Below are positions 9,576 through 19,864 of a stretch of DNA of 64,000 bases, in pieces. The DNA is taken from NCBI GenBank assembly GCA_963828735.1, contig CAWHFW010000005.1, positions 800,001 to 864,000 on the forward strand, read 5' to 3'. A model generated the notes under the pieces. The model was not told the origin of the DNA and did not search any database. It saw nothing but the letters and a program-made list of their open reading frames with translations. The stretch's first letter is position 1. Each line of letters begins with the position of its first letter. The position numbers and the translations under genes are program-made. The stretch is from an uncultured Gemmatimonadales bacterium. GTDB lineage: Bacteria > Gemmatimonadota > Gemmatimonadetes > Gemmatimonadales > GWC2-71-9.

Positions 9576-10634
9576 ATGCGGTCCGCTCTCAAGCTCGCCG
9601 GTTTCCTCGTCATGCTCGGCTCCTTCGCCGGCGCGGGTACCGCCGCAGCCCAGGGCACCCCCCCGCCGACGCCGAGCGTCACCGTCGGCGGCGTGGTCTA
9701 CGCGCAGTACCTTTACCAGCTCAAGGACACCGCCAACCACGTCAACAGCTTCGACATCACCCGCTCGTACATCAACGTCATCGGCAAGTTCCCCAGCGGC
9801 CTCGCCACCCGCGTCACCGCCGACATCTACCGCAACACCGACGCCTCCCTCGCCTTCCGCCTCAAGTACGCGTACGCCGCATTCACCCCCGAGGGCAGCG
9901 CGCTGACCTTCAAGCTGGGTGAGATCCACACCCCGTGGCTCGACTGGGAAGAGGCCCTTTGGGACTATCGCATGCAGGGCCAGATGGCGATGGAGCGCGC
10001 CGGGTACCTCTCGAGCTCCGACTTCGGCGCCGGCGTGGACGGCAACTGGAAGAAGGACTTCGTCAACATGCAGGTCGGCATCTACAACGGCGAGAACTAC
10101 AACCACGGCCCCGGCGATCAGCGCAAGGACGCCATGGGCCGCGTGTCGGTGCGGCTGCTCCAGACCGATGACGGCACCCGCGTGGGCGGTCTCCGGGCGA
10201 CGGCTTACGGGCAGGTCGGCAAACCGACGGGCGGCGGCATCCGCGACCGCTGGATCGGCATGCTGTCCTACAGAAGCAAGCTCTTCACGCTCGCTGGGGA
10301 ATACGCGCGCACCAAGGACCGGCAGGACGCGCCCGCCGCGCCCGCGACACCGACCGCCGAGGTCGAGGGCGAGATCCTGAGCTTCTTCGGCACCCTGAAG
10401 ATCCCGAACACCCGCGCCGCGATCATCGGTCGCGTGGACCTGACCGATCCGGACAAGGACGTCTCGGACAACCGCCTGACGCGTTACATCGCGGGCGCGT
10501 CGTACCAGCTGACGCCGGCGCTTCGCCTGCTGGCGGACGTGGACAACCTCGCCTTCGAGGGCGACGCCCCGATCGCCCCGGCCCTCTACGCCACCAAGAC
10601 GCAGGGGCTGTTCCAGATTCAGTTCGTCTTCTAA
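9576..10634 (+). CDS. Outer-membrane beta-barrel porin, probably phosphate-selective
   Basis: Sec signal ending AAA-Q, alternating beta-strand pattern, RLKYAY motif and C-terminal Phe; directly upstream of pstS. Confidence 0.75.
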   Translation: MRSALKLAGFLVMLGSFAGAGTAAAQGTPPPTPSVTVGGVVYAQYLYQLKDTANHVNSFDITRSYINVIGKFPSGLATRVTADIYRNTDASLAFRLKYAYAAFTPEGSALTFKLGEIHTPWLDWEEALWDYRMQGQMAMERAGYLSSSDFGAGVDGNWKKDFVNMQVGIYNGENYNHGPGDQRKDAMGRVSVRLLQTDDGTRVGGLRATAYGQVGKPTGGGIRDRWIGMLSYRSKLFTLAGEYARTKDRQDAPAAPATPTAEVEGEILSFFGTLKIPNTRAAIIGRVDLTDPDKDVSDNRLTRYIAGASYQLTPALRLLADVDNLAFEGDAPIAPALYATKTQGLFQIQFVF

Positions 10635-10661
10635 CCGACAGCTCTAACCGTGAGGGAATCC

Positions 10662-11717
10662 ATGCGCAGTCTCCTGCACCGCGGCGGCCTCACCCTGGGC
10701 CTGACCTCGCTCGTCCTCGCCGGCCCGGCGGCCGCGCAGACGAGCCTCACCGGGGCGGGGGCCACGTTCCCCAACCCGATCTACACGAAGTGGTTCGACG
10801 CGTACAACAAGAAGACCGGCGTCCAGATCAACTATCAGTCCATCGGCTCGGGTGGCGGCATCCGCCAGTTCACCGAGGGCACGGTGGACTTCGGCGCCTC
10901 CGACGGGCCGATGAACGACGAGCAGATCGAGGCCGCGAAGGGCAACGTGCTCCACGTGCCGACCGTGATGGGTGCCGTCGTGCTCACCTACAACCTCCCA
11001 GAGGTCGGGACGACCAAGCTGCGCTTCGATGGCGCGACGATCGCGGGGATCTTTCAGGGCACGATCACCAAGTGGAACGACAAGGCGATCGCGAAGCTCA
11101 ACCCCGGCGTGAAGCTACCGGACAGCGACATCATCGTCGTGCACCGCTCGGACGGCTCCGGCACGAGCTACATCTTCAGCGACTTCCTCTCCAAGGTCTC
11201 GCTCGACTGGAAGGACAAGGTCGGGAAGGCGACGTCGGTCAACTGGCCCGTGGGGCTCGGCGGCAAGGGCAACGAGGGCGTCACCCAGCAGGTGAAGCAG
11301 ACCGAGGGCTCGATCGGCTATGTCGAGCTGATCTACGCGCTCTCGAACCAGCTTCCCTACGCCACGGTCAAGAACGCGGCGGGTGAGTTCGTCGACGCCT
11401 CTCTGGAATCGGTCACCGCCGCCGCGGCGAGCGCCAAGTTCGAGAAGAACACCGATTTCCGGGTCTCGATCACCAACGCCCCGGGCAAGGGTGCTTATCC
11501 TATCTCGTCGTTCACCTGGCTGCTGGTGCACCCGGACATGGCCGATGCGGGGAAGGCCAAGGCCCTCCGCGATTTCCTCAAGTGGATGATCACGCCCGAC
11601 GCCCAGCAGATGGCCGGGGAGCTCAAGTACGCCCCGCTGCCGAAGGAAGTGGTGCAGCTGATCGACGCGCGGCTCCCGACGCTCAAGGCCAACGGGAAGA
11701 CCATCGCGAGCGAGTAG
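10662..11717 (+). CDS. pstS: Phosphate ABC transporter substrate-binding protein (periplasmic)
   Basis: GAGATFP, YQSIGSGGG, DFGASD and HRSDGSGTS motifs; Sec signal peptide. Confidence 0.95.
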   Translation: MRSLLHRGGLTLGLTSLVLAGPAAAQTSLTGAGATFPNPIYTKWFDAYNKKTGVQINYQSIGSGGGIRQFTEGTVDFGASDGPMNDEQIEAAKGNVLHVPTVMGAVVLTYNLPEVGTTKLRFDGATIAGIFQGTITKWNDKAIAKLNPGVKLPDSDIIVVHRSDGSGTSYIFSDFLSKVSLDWKDKVGKATSVNWPVGLGGKGNEGVTQQVKQTEGSIGYVELIYALSNQLPYATVKNAAGEFVDASLESVTAAAASAKFEKNTDFRVSITNAPGKGAYPISSFTWLLVHPDMADAGKAKALRDFLKWMITPDAQQMAGELKYAPLPKEVVQLIDARLPTLKANGKTIASE

Positions 11718-11834
11718 GCCGGTCCACCGACGAAGGACGGGACAGCCGGCATCGTATTTCGTGCCGGCTGTTTCAGGTCGGCTCCTGACGGTGCTAGCTT
11801 CCCAGCGAGGACCACCCGCGGCGAGGAGGGGACC

Positions 11835-12878
11835 GTGTTCCGTTCCGCATGGCGCTGGCTCCTGGTGATGGCGCTCGCCGGTGTCGGCTGCTCTTCAGGG
11901 GAGCGGTCCCCCTCCGCCGGCGCCCGCGCCGCGCCGATCACGGGCGCCGGCGCCACCTTCCCCAATCCCATCTACTCGAAGTGGTTCGACGCCTACGCCA
12001 AGGAGGCCGGCGTTCGCATCAATTATCAGTCCATCGGCTCCGGCGGCGGCATCCGTCAGTTCACCGAGGGCACGGTGGATTTCGGCGCGACCGACGGCCC
12101 GATGACCGACCAGCAGATCGCCGCCGTCCACGGCGACGTGCTCCATGTCCCGACGGTGCTTGGCGCGGTGGTCGCGACCTACAACCTGCCCGGCCTCGGC
12201 AAGCAGGCGCTGCGGTTCGACGGCCCGACGCTCGCCGACATCTTCCTCGGCCGTATCACCCACTGGAACGACCCGCGGATCCAGGCCCTCAATCCCGGCG
12301 TCTCCCTGCCCGCGACCGACATCCTCGTGGTGCACCGCTCGGACGGCTCCGGGACGAGCTTCATCTTCACCGATTTCCTCTCCAAGGTGTCGCCCGAGTG
12401 GAAGTCCAAGGTCGGGCACGCGACGTCGGTCGAGTGGCCGGTCGGCCTCGGCGGCAAGGGCAACGAGGGGGTGACCCAGCAGGTCAAGCAGTCCGAGGGC
12501 GCGATCGGTTACGTCGAGCTCATCTACGCGCTCTCGAACGGTTTGCCGGCCGCCGAGATGCGGAACGCGGCCGGCCAGTTCATCGTGCCGACGCTCAAGG
12601 GGGTGAGCGCGGCGGCGAGCGGCGTCGACTTCCCGCCGACGACGGACTACCGGGTGTCGATTACCGATGCACCCGGCGCCGACGCCTACCCCATCGCGTC
12701 CTTCACCTGGCTGCTCATCCACACCCGGGACACGACATCGGAGAAGCAGCGCGCGATCCGCGGCTTCCTGCGGTGGATGCTGGAACCGGAAGCCCAGCGT
12801 ATGGCCGCGGATCTCCACTACGCCCCGCTCCCGGTCAAGGTCATCGAGTCCGTGCGAAGCCGACTCGGGGCCTCGTGA
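11835..12878 (+). CDS. pstS: Second phosphate-binding protein, probable lipoprotein
   Basis: Same PstS motifs; signal ends LAGVGC (lipobox-like Cys). Confidence 0.92.
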   Translation: MFRSAWRWLLVMALAGVGCSSGERSPSAGARAAPITGAGATFPNPIYSKWFDAYAKEAGVRINYQSIGSGGGIRQFTEGTVDFGATDGPMTDQQIAAVHGDVLHVPTVLGAVVATYNLPGLGKQALRFDGPTLADIFLGRITHWNDPRIQALNPGVSLPATDILVVHRSDGSGTSFIFTDFLSKVSPEWKSKVGHATSVEWPVGLGGKGNEGVTQQVKQSEGAIGYVELIYALSNGLPAAEMRNAAGQFIVPTLKGVSAAASGVDFPPTTDYRVSITDAPGADAYPIASFTWLLIHTRDTTSEKQRAIRGFLRWMLEPEAQRMAADLHYAPLPVKVIESVRSRLGAS

Positions 12879-12928
12879 CCGATCCGTTACAAAGACGTGA
12901 CGGCCCTCCCGGGCGGTTCGGGTAAACT
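12874..12928 (+). promoter_or_regulatory. Internal Pho-box-like promoter for pstC
   Basis: CGTGAC (12874), CGTTAC (12885) and CGTGAC (12896) at 11-bp spacing, then TAAACT (12923-12928) 6 nt before the pstC ATG with no Shine-Dalgarno. Confidence 0.65.
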
Positions 12929-12934
12929 CCCCGC

Positions 12935-13924
12935 ATGACCGCGCTCACCGATCGCGACCTCGCCCCGCCAGCGACGCCCGACCGGCCGTCGCTCGAGCGT
13001 AGCAGCTACAGCGACAAGGTGTTCAAGGGCCTGCTCACCCTCGGCGCGCTGAGCATTCCGGTGCTGCTCGGCTTCCTGGTGCTGGAGCTCTTTAAGGGCG
13101 CGCGGCTCGCCATGGGCAAGTTCGGCCTCCACTTCGTCACCACGAGCGTCTGGGATCCGGTCGGCGAGCAGTTCGGCGCCTTTCCGCTGATTTTCGGGAC
13201 GCTGGTCTCATCCCTCGTGGCCCTCGTCATCGCGGTCCCCCTGTCGCTCGGGGTGGCGATCTACCTGACGGAGTTCGCGCCCAAGCCGCTGCGCCAGCCG
13301 ATCGCCTTCCTCATCAGTCTCCTGGCCGCGATTCCGAGCGTGGTCTACGGGCTCTGGGGCATCTTCGTGCTGATCCCCGCCCTCCGCAAAACGGCGTTCC
13401 CGCTGCTCCGCGAGGTGTTCGGCTTCCTTCCGCTGTTCCAGGGTCCGATCTACGGCCCGTCCATGCTGGCCGCCGGCATCATCCTCTCGATCATGGTGAT
13501 GCCGTTCATCATGTCGGTTTCGCGCGAAGTGTTGATGGCGGTGCCGAACACGCAGCGTGAGGCGTCGCTCGCGCTCGGGGCCACGCGGTGGGAAGCCGTG
13601 ATCACGACGGTGGTCCCTTACGCGCGCTCGGGCATCATCGGGGCGATCATCCTCGGCCTCGGCCGCGCCCTGGGCGAGACGATGGCGGTCACGATGCTGA
13701 TCGGCAACCGCCACGAGGTCGCCGCGTCGCTGTTCGCGCCGGGTTATACCATGGCCGCCGCCATCGCGAACGAATTCTCCGAGGCGGTGGGGGACATGCA
13801 CCTGTCAGCGCTCGCCTACGTGGCCTTCCTCCTGTTCGTGGTGACCGTCCTGGTCAACGCGGGCGCGCGGCTGCTCATCTGGCGCGTGGCACGAGGGTCG
13901 GCGGCCGGAGCGAAGGCGCTGTGA
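12935..13924 (+). CDS. pstC: Phosphate ABC transporter permease
   Basis: LAAIPSVVYGLWG, EASLALGATRWE and GRALGETMAV motifs. Confidence 0.95.
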   Translation: MTALTDRDLAPPATPDRPSLERSSYSDKVFKGLLTLGALSIPVLLGFLVLELFKGARLAMGKFGLHFVTTSVWDPVGEQFGAFPLIFGTLVSSLVALVIAVPLSLGVAIYLTEFAPKPLRQPIAFLISLLAAIPSVVYGLWGIFVLIPALRKTAFPLLREVFGFLPLFQGPIYGPSMLAAGIILSIMVMPFIMSVSREVLMAVPNTQREASLALGATRWEAVITTVVPYARSGIIGAIILGLGRALGETMAVTMLIGNRHEVAASLFAPGYTMAAAIANEFSEAVGDMHLSALAYVAFLLFVVTVLVNAGARLLIWRVARGSAAGAKAL

Positions 13925-13937
13925 AGCGGACGTCGGC

Positions 13938-14783
13938 ATGAACCGGCGGATGCTCCGGCGCTGGTTCAGCAACGGGATGGTGGGGCTCATGGTGGGCGCC
14001 GTCATCGTGGCGCTGCTGCCGCTGATCTTCATCCTCGTCAACCTGCTCCTCAAGGGCGCCGGCAGCCTCTCGCTCGACTTCTTCACCAAGACGCCCGCGC
14101 CCGCGGGCGAGAGCGGCGGGGGAGTCGTGCATGCGATCGTCGGCACGTTGATCATCGTCGGGATGGCGAGCCTGATCGGCCTGCCGATCGGGGTCGCGGC
14201 GGGCATCTATTGCGCGGAGTACCCGACCAGCCGCCTCACCTGGGTCACCCGTTTCGTGGCGGACGTGCTGAACGGCACGCCGTCGATCGTGGTCGGCGTA
14301 TTCGCGTGGGCCTGGATCGTGGCGACACAGAAACACTTCTCGGCCCTGGCCGGGAGTGCGGCGCTCGCGATGCTCATGATCCCGATGGTGCTTCGCACCA
14401 CCGAGGAGATGATCAAGCTGGTGCCCAACTCGCTGCGCGAGGCGGCCCTGGCCCTCGGGTACCCGCGCTGGCGCACCAGCCTCGGCGTCGTCGTGCGCAC
14501 CACGCTGCCGGGCATCGTGACGGGAAGCCTGCTCGCGGTCGCCCGCGTTGCGGGCGAAACGGCGCCGCTTCTCTTCACCGCGCTCGGCAGCCAGTATCTG
14601 AGCTACAAGCTGAACCAGCCGATGGCAGCCCTGCCGCTGACGGTGTTCACCTATGCGACCGGGCCCTACGAGGAGTGGCACCGGTACGCCTGGGCCTCGG
14701 CGCTGGTCCTGATTCTCGTGGTGTTCGTGCTGAGCCTGGGTGCGCGGCTCGCGATCCGCCGGAGTTTCGACTTCAATGGGTGA
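13938..14783 (+). CDS. pstA: Phosphate ABC transporter permease
   Basis: [16 protein letters not shown] and [13 protein letters not shown] motifs. Confidence 0.95.
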   Translation: MNRRMLRRWFSNGMVGLMVGAVIVALLPLIFILVNLLLKGAGSLSLDFFTKTPAPAGESGGGVVHAIVGTLIIVGMASLIGLPIGVAAGIYCAEYPTSRLTWVTRFVADVLNGTPSIVVGVFAWAWIVATQKHFSALAGSAALAMLMIPMVLRTTEEMIKLVPNSLREAALALGYPRWRTSLGVVVRTTLPGIVTGSLLAVARVAGETAPLLFTALGSQYLSYKLNQPMAALPLTVFTYATGPYEEWHRYAWASALVLILVVFVLSLGARLAIRRSFDFNG

Positions 14784-15603
14784 GCCCGCGCTGCGCACCG
14801 CCCCACCCGTCCCGCGAGCTCCCGCGCCAGGGCAGGATGCGCTGACGCGCGTGCGCGTCGAGACGGACAAGCTCACCGCCATGTACGGCAAGTTCACCGC
14901 GGTGAAGGGCGTGTCGCTGGGGTTCGCGGCCAATCGCGTGCATGCCCTGATCGGGCCGTCGGGGTGCGGGAAGTCCACCTTTCTCCGCACGCTCAACCGG
15001 ATGCACGAGTTGTCGGATCACGGCTGGATCACGGGCCGCGTGCTGCTCGATGGCGAAGACATCTACGCCCCGCGCGTCAACGCGATGCAGCTCCGGCGCC
15101 GGATCGGGATGGTCTTCCAGCGGCCGACGCCGTTCCCCACCATGTCGATCTACGACAACGTGGCGGCGGGCCTGCGGGTGCACGCCCGGCGGCCCAGGGC
15201 GGAGCTCGATGCGGTGGTCGAGCGGTCGCTCCGGCAGGCGGCCCTCTGGGACGAGGTCAAGGACCGGCTTCGAGCCAGCGCGATGGCGCTGTCGGGTGGG
15301 CAGCAGCAGCGGCTCTGCATCGCGCGGACGATCGCGCCGACGCCGGACGTGGTCCTGCTGGACGAGCCCACGTCGTCGCTCGATCCCCAGGGCACGCAGC
15401 GGATCGAGGAGCTGCTCTTCGAGCTGAAGCAGGAGTTCACCATCATCATCGTGACCCACAACATGCAGCAGGCCGCCCGCGTGTCTGACACCACGACCTT
15501 CTTCTACCTCGGCACGATGGTCGAGTCGGGCAACACCCGCCAGATCTTCACGGCGCCGAAGAACGAGCAGACCGAGGCGTACATCACCGGGAGGTTCGGA
15601 TGA
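14776..15603 (+). CDS. pstB: Phosphate ABC transporter ATP-binding protein
   Basis: [35 protein letters not shown] and YITGRFG motifs. Confidence 0.95.
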   Translation: MGEPALRTAPPVPRAPAPGQDALTRVRVETDKLTAMYGKFTAVKGVSLGFAANRVHALIGPSGCGKSTFLRTLNRMHELSDHGWITGRVLLDGEDIYAPRVNAMQLRRRIGMVFQRPTPFPTMSIYDNVAAGLRVHARRPRAELDAVVERSLRQAALWDEVKDRLRASAMALSGGQQQRLCIARTIAPTPDVVLLDEPTSSLDPQGTQRIEELLFELKQEFTIIIVTHNMQQAARVSDTTTFFYLGTMVESGNTRQIFTAPKNEQTEAYITGRFG

Positions 15604-16454
15604 CCAGCACCGCCCCCGCACGAGCGCAGCCGGGCTTCGTCCCCGTCCCGCGCGCGACGCTGGCGCCGCGGCCGCCGGCGCCGACGCCGGAGCAGCGCGG
15701 CTCCCCGGCCGTGGATGTCCGGAACTTCAGCTTCGCCTACGGCAGTCGGCAGATCCTCCGCGACCTGACGTTCGAGATCGAGCGTAAGTCGGTCACGGCG
15801 ATCATCGGCCCGTCGGGCTGCGGGAAGTCCACGTTCCTCCGGTCGATCAACCGGCTCAACGACCTGATCCCCGGCATCCGTCACGAGGGCGACATCCTGG
15901 TCGAAGGCACGTCCGTCTTCTCGCCGAGCACCGACCTGGTGGCGCTCCGGCAGAAGGTGGGCATGGTGTTCCAGCAGCCCAATCCGTTCCCGAAGTCGGT
16001 GTTCGACAACGTGGCGTACGGCCCCGCGCTCAACCGGCTCGTGCCCCGGCGCGACCTGCCCGACGTGGTGGAGAAGTGTCTGCGTCAGGCCGCGCTTTGG
16101 GACGAGGTGAAGGATCGCCTGGATGAGGGCGGCACCGGGCTCTCCGGCGGCCAGCAGCAGCGGCTCTGCATCGCGCGGGCGCTCGGCAACCAGCCCGAGG
16201 TCCTGCTGATGGACGAGCCGTGCTCGGCGCTGGATCCCGTCGCCACCCAGCGGGTCGAGGAGTTGATCTTCGAGCTGAAGAAGGACTACACGATCGTCAT
16301 CGTGACCCACAACATGCAGCAGGCGGCGCGCGTGTCGGACTACACGGGCTTCTTCGACCGCGGCGAGCTCGTCGAGTTCGGCGAGACCGAGCGGATCTTC
16401 ACGAAGCCGGCCAGCGAGCGCACGGAAGCCTACATCACCGGGAGATTCGGATGA
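15600..16454 (+). CDS. pstB: Second phosphate ABC transporter ATP-binding protein
   Basis: Same PstB motifs, including DEPCSALDP. Confidence 0.95.
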   Translation: MTSTAPARAQPGFVPVPRATLAPRPPAPTPEQRGSPAVDVRNFSFAYGSRQILRDLTFEIERKSVTAIIGPSGCGKSTFLRSINRLNDLIPGIRHEGDILVEGTSVFSPSTDLVALRQKVGMVFQQPNPFPKSVFDNVAYGPALNRLVPRRDLPDVVEKCLRQAALWDEVKDRLDEGGTGLSGGQQQRLCIARALGNQPEVLLMDEPCSALDPVATQRVEELIFELKKDYTIVIVTHNMQQAARVSDYTGFFDRGELVEFGETERIFTKPASERTEAYITGRFG

Positions 16455-17170
16455 GCCTCGACGTCCATCGCCACTTCCACGACGAGCTGAGCCACGTCAA
16501 GGTGCGCCTGCTCACGATGTCGGGCGAGGCGGAGGCGGCGCTCGGCCTCTCGGTGGACGCACTCCTCGAGCGCGACGAAGAGAAGGCCCGACGCGTCATC
16601 GCCGGCGACCGGGTCATCGACAGCATGGAGGTCGAGATCGAGGAGCAGTGCATCAACCTCCTCGCCCTCCAGCAGCCGATGGCACGAGACCTCCGCATGC
16701 TCACCTCGGCGCTCAAGATCGCCAACGACCTCGAGCGCGTGGGCGACCACGCGGTTAACATTGCTCAGAGCGCCGAGCGGCTTTCGCAGGCCCGCCCGAT
16801 CGCGCCCGAGCCCGAGATCATCGAGATGGCCCGGCTGGCCCGGGACATGCTGTCGGACGCCCTGGAGGCATTCATCCGGGGTGATGCCGCCGCAGGCCGC
16901 GAGGTCTGCTTGCGGGACGACAAGGTGGATGCGCTGCACCGCTCCGTCTTCCGTATCCTGCTGACGCACATGATGGAGGACCCGCACATGATCGGCGCGG
17001 GCATGGAGCTCTTCCTGGTGAGCCGGAACCTCGAGCGCGTGGCCGACCTCGCCACCAACATCGGCGAGGACGTGGTCTTCCTCGTGGAAGGGAAGTCCAT
17101 CAAGCACCACGCCGAGGACGGCGGCGACGCGCGCCCGTCCGGCGTGTATCCGGCGGCGACGGGCGCGTGA
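16451..17170 (+). CDS. phoU: Phosphate signalling protein PhoU
   Basis: [24 protein letters not shown] and [11 protein letters not shown] repeats; ATG at 16451. Confidence 0.95.
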   Translation: MSLDVHRHFHDELSHVKVRLLTMSGEAEAALGLSVDALLERDEEKARRVIAGDRVIDSMEVEIEEQCINLLALQQPMARDLRMLTSALKIANDLERVGDHAVNIAQSAERLSQARPIAPEPEIIEMARLARDMLSDALEAFIRGDAAAGREVCLRDDKVDALHRSVFRILLTHMMEDPHMIGAGMELFLVSRNLERVADLATNIGEDVVFLVEGKSIKHHAEDGGDARPSGVYPAATGA

Positions 17171-18753
17171 TCGCGCGGCCCGCCGCGAAGGCTCCCCCGC
17201 CGGAGGCGCCGGCCACCCGCGACCGCATCGCCGCCATCGACGTTGGCTCCAATTCGGTCCGGCTTCTCGTCGCCGAGTACGACCCCGCCTCGGGCCTCTC
17301 CATCATCGATGAAATGAAGGATCAGCCCCGCCTGGCGGCGGGGCTCGCCGCCACCGGCTGCCTCGACGAGCGGGCCATCGAGCGCGCGCTCCAGACGCTG
17401 GCCCGCATGCGCGAGGTGTGCCAGCGCCGCGGCGTGAAGCGCATCTCGGCCGTGGCCACGGCCGCGGTGCGTGAGGCGGAAAACGGACCGTGGTTCGTCC
17501 GACGGGTCCGGCAGGAGCTCGACATCCCGCTCCGGATCATCGATGCGGAGACCGAGGCCGCGCTGTCGTACCGCTCCGTGGCGCACCACTTTCGGCTGGC
17601 CGGCGAGCGGACCCTGGTCGCGGACATCGGCGGTGGCAGCCTCGAGCTCATCGGCGCGGTGGACGGGCTGGTCGAGCTGACCATATCGCTGCCCCTCGGA
17701 GCCGTAAGGCTCACCGAGCTCCACCTGCCCGGCGACCGCGCCGCGCACAAGGAGATCGAGCAGCTCCGTGAGCACATCCGGAAACAGCTCAAGCGCGGCC
17801 TCTCCGGTCGCGAATGGGCCGCGGCCACGATCATCGGCTCCGGCGGCACGTTCACCAGCCTCGGCCGGATGGTGCATGCGCGGCGCGGCCAGCCTGCCGG
17901 GGACACTGTCCACGGCGTGGCCGTCACCGCCGCCGAGATCGAGCAGCTCATCGACTGGCTCGCCAGCCGGACGCCCGAGCAGCGCCGTGAGGTGCCTGGG
18001 CTCAATCCCGAGCGCGGGGACATCATCCTCGCTGGGCTCGCGGTCACGGCCGAGCTGCTCGACTGGGTCCGGTCGCGCTCGCTCACCGTGAGCGCGTTCG
18101 GCCTGCGCGAGGGGCTGCTGCTCGAGATGGCGGGCGCGAAGGAGATCGCCGCGGCGGATCCGCTGCGCCTGTTCCGGGAGTTCGCCGAGCGCTGCCAGTG
18201 CGATCGGCGCCATGTCGAGCAGGTGCGCTACCTGGCGCTCCTGCTCTTCGACCAGCTCGGCGGGGAGCTCGGCTGCGAGCCCGAGGAGCGGCTCCTGCTG
18301 GAGGCCGCGGGGCTGCTCCACGACGTCGGCCAGCTCGTGAGCTACCGCAAGCATCACAAGCACAGCTACCAGCTCATCATGCACGCGGACCGGCTGGGCC
18401 TCGCCCCGCGCGAGCGCGGCCTGGTCGCCCTGATCAGCCGATACCACCGGCAGACAGGTCCCCGGAAGAAGCACGAGGAATTCGCGGCGCTCCCGGCGGC
18501 GGATCAGGCCGTGGTTCGGCGACTGAGTGCGATTCTCCGCGTGGCCGACGGGCTCGACCGCGGCCATACCGCGGCGGTCGAAACCGTGGCCACCGAGCTC
18601 GGCGCCAGCGCGCTGACAGTGCGAATCGCCCCACGGCTCAAGGGGGCGGACCTGGGACTCGAGTGCTGGGGCGCTTCCCGGAAGGCGGACGTGCTGGCCA
18701 AGCTCCTCGAGCGTGACGTCGAGATCGTCGCCGAGGTGCCCACCGGAGCGTAA
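17167..18753 (+). CDS. ppx: Exopolyphosphatase / pppGpp phosphohydrolase (Ppx/GppA with HD domain)
   Basis: AIDVGSNS, ATAAVREA, DIGGGSLE, GLREGL and LLHDVG...HHKHSY motifs. Confidence 0.93.
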   Translation: MIARPAAKAPPPEAPATRDRIAAIDVGSNSVRLLVAEYDPASGLSIIDEMKDQPRLAAGLAATGCLDERAIERALQTLARMREVCQRRGVKRISAVATAAVREAENGPWFVRRVRQELDIPLRIIDAETEAALSYRSVAHHFRLAGERTLVADIGGGSLELIGAVDGLVELTISLPLGAVRLTELHLPGDRAAHKEIEQLREHIRKQLKRGLSGREWAAATIIGSGGTFTSLGRMVHARRGQPAGDTVHGVAVTAAEIEQLIDWLASRTPEQRREVPGLNPERGDIILAGLAVTAELLDWVRSRSLTVSAFGLREGLLLEMAGAKEIAAADPLRLFREFAERCQCDRRHVEQVRYLALLLFDQLGGELGCEPEERLLLEAAGLLHDVGQLVSYRKHHKHSYQLIMHADRLGLAPRERGLVALISRYHRQTGPRKKHEEFAALPAADQAVVRRLSAILRVADGLDRGHTAAVETVATELGASALTVRIAPRLKGADLGLECWGASRKADVLAKLLERDVEIVAEVPTGA

Positions 18754-18828
18754 AGGGGTAACCTGCCCGTCCGATCGGGGTTAGTATAACCGGAACGCGT
18801 CGAGCGTCCGACGCCCCCGGAGGCGAGC

Positions 18829-19864
18829 ATGACCTCCCGTCACGGCGATACCCTTCCCGTCGCCGACATTTCAATCCTCTGGATCACGGCCGGTCTGGGC
18901 TGCGACGGCGACACCATCGCCATGACCGCGGCCACGCAGCCGAGCATCGAGGACCTCGTCTCCGGCGCCCTTCCCTGGACCCCGAACGTCAAGCTGCTAC
19001 AATCCGTTCCTGTCTCCCGAAAACGGCGACGAGTTCGTCCGCTTCTTCCATCGGGGCGCCGCGGGCGAGCTCGATCCCTTCATCCTGGTGGTCGAGGGCT
19101 CCATTCCCGACGAGACCAACAAGGCCGAAGGCTACTGGGCATCGTTCGGCACCGATCCCGCGACCGGCCAGCCGATCACCACCTGCGAATGGATCGATCG
19201 GCTGGCGCCCAAGGCGTGGGCCGTGATCGCGGCCGGGACCTGCGCCACCTACGGCGGCATCCATGCCATGGAGGGCAATCCCACCGGCTGCATGGGCCTG
19301 CCCGATTACCTCGGCTGGGAGTGGCGATCGGCGAGCGGACATCCCGCATCGTCTGCGTGCCGGGCTGTCCGGTGCAGCCGGACAACATGACCGAGACGCT
19401 GCTCTACCTGCTCCACATGGCCGCCGGGCGCGCGCCGATGATTCCGCTCGACGACGCGCTGCGTCCGACGCTGGCTGTTCGAGCAGACGGTGCACGAAGG
19501 ATGCGATCGCGGCGGCTACTACGAGCAGGCGCCAGTTCGCCGAGGAATACGGATCGCCGCTCGTGCATCGTGAAGCTGGGCTGCTGGGGACCGGTGGTGC
19601 AGTGCAACGTCGGCAAGCGCGGCTGGATGGGCGGCATCGGCGGCTGCCCGAACGTCGGCGGCATCTGCATCGGCTGCACCATGCCCGGCTTTCCCGACAA
19701 GTTCATGCCGTTCATGGATCAGCCGCCGGGCTCGCTGCTCTCGTCCGCCGCGGTCATGACCTACGGACGGGCGATTCACGCCCTGCGCCGGTTCACGCAG
19801 GCGTCGCTCAACAAGGAGCCCGGCTCGCGGCGCGGCCGCGAGGCCGGCGGCACGCGAGTAATAG
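18829..19864 (+). CDS. Orphan group 1h-type [NiFe]-hydrogenase small subunit paralog (frameshifted in this sequence; reconstructed)
   Basis: GGAGG RBS. Pieces across frames give LWITAGLGCDGD, VVEGSIP, GTCATYGGIHAM, VPGCPVQPDN, TVHEGCDR, CIVKLGCWGP and GGCPNVGGICIGCTMPGFPD. No Tat signal. The end is taken at the TAATAG at 19859-19864 and is uncertain. Confidence 0.8.

Noticed and set aside
10662..12878. Assembly duplication of pstS (and of the hydrogenase small subunit at 18829 and 22342)
   Set aside because: The copies differ at many amino acids and have different N-termini, so they are genuine paralogs.
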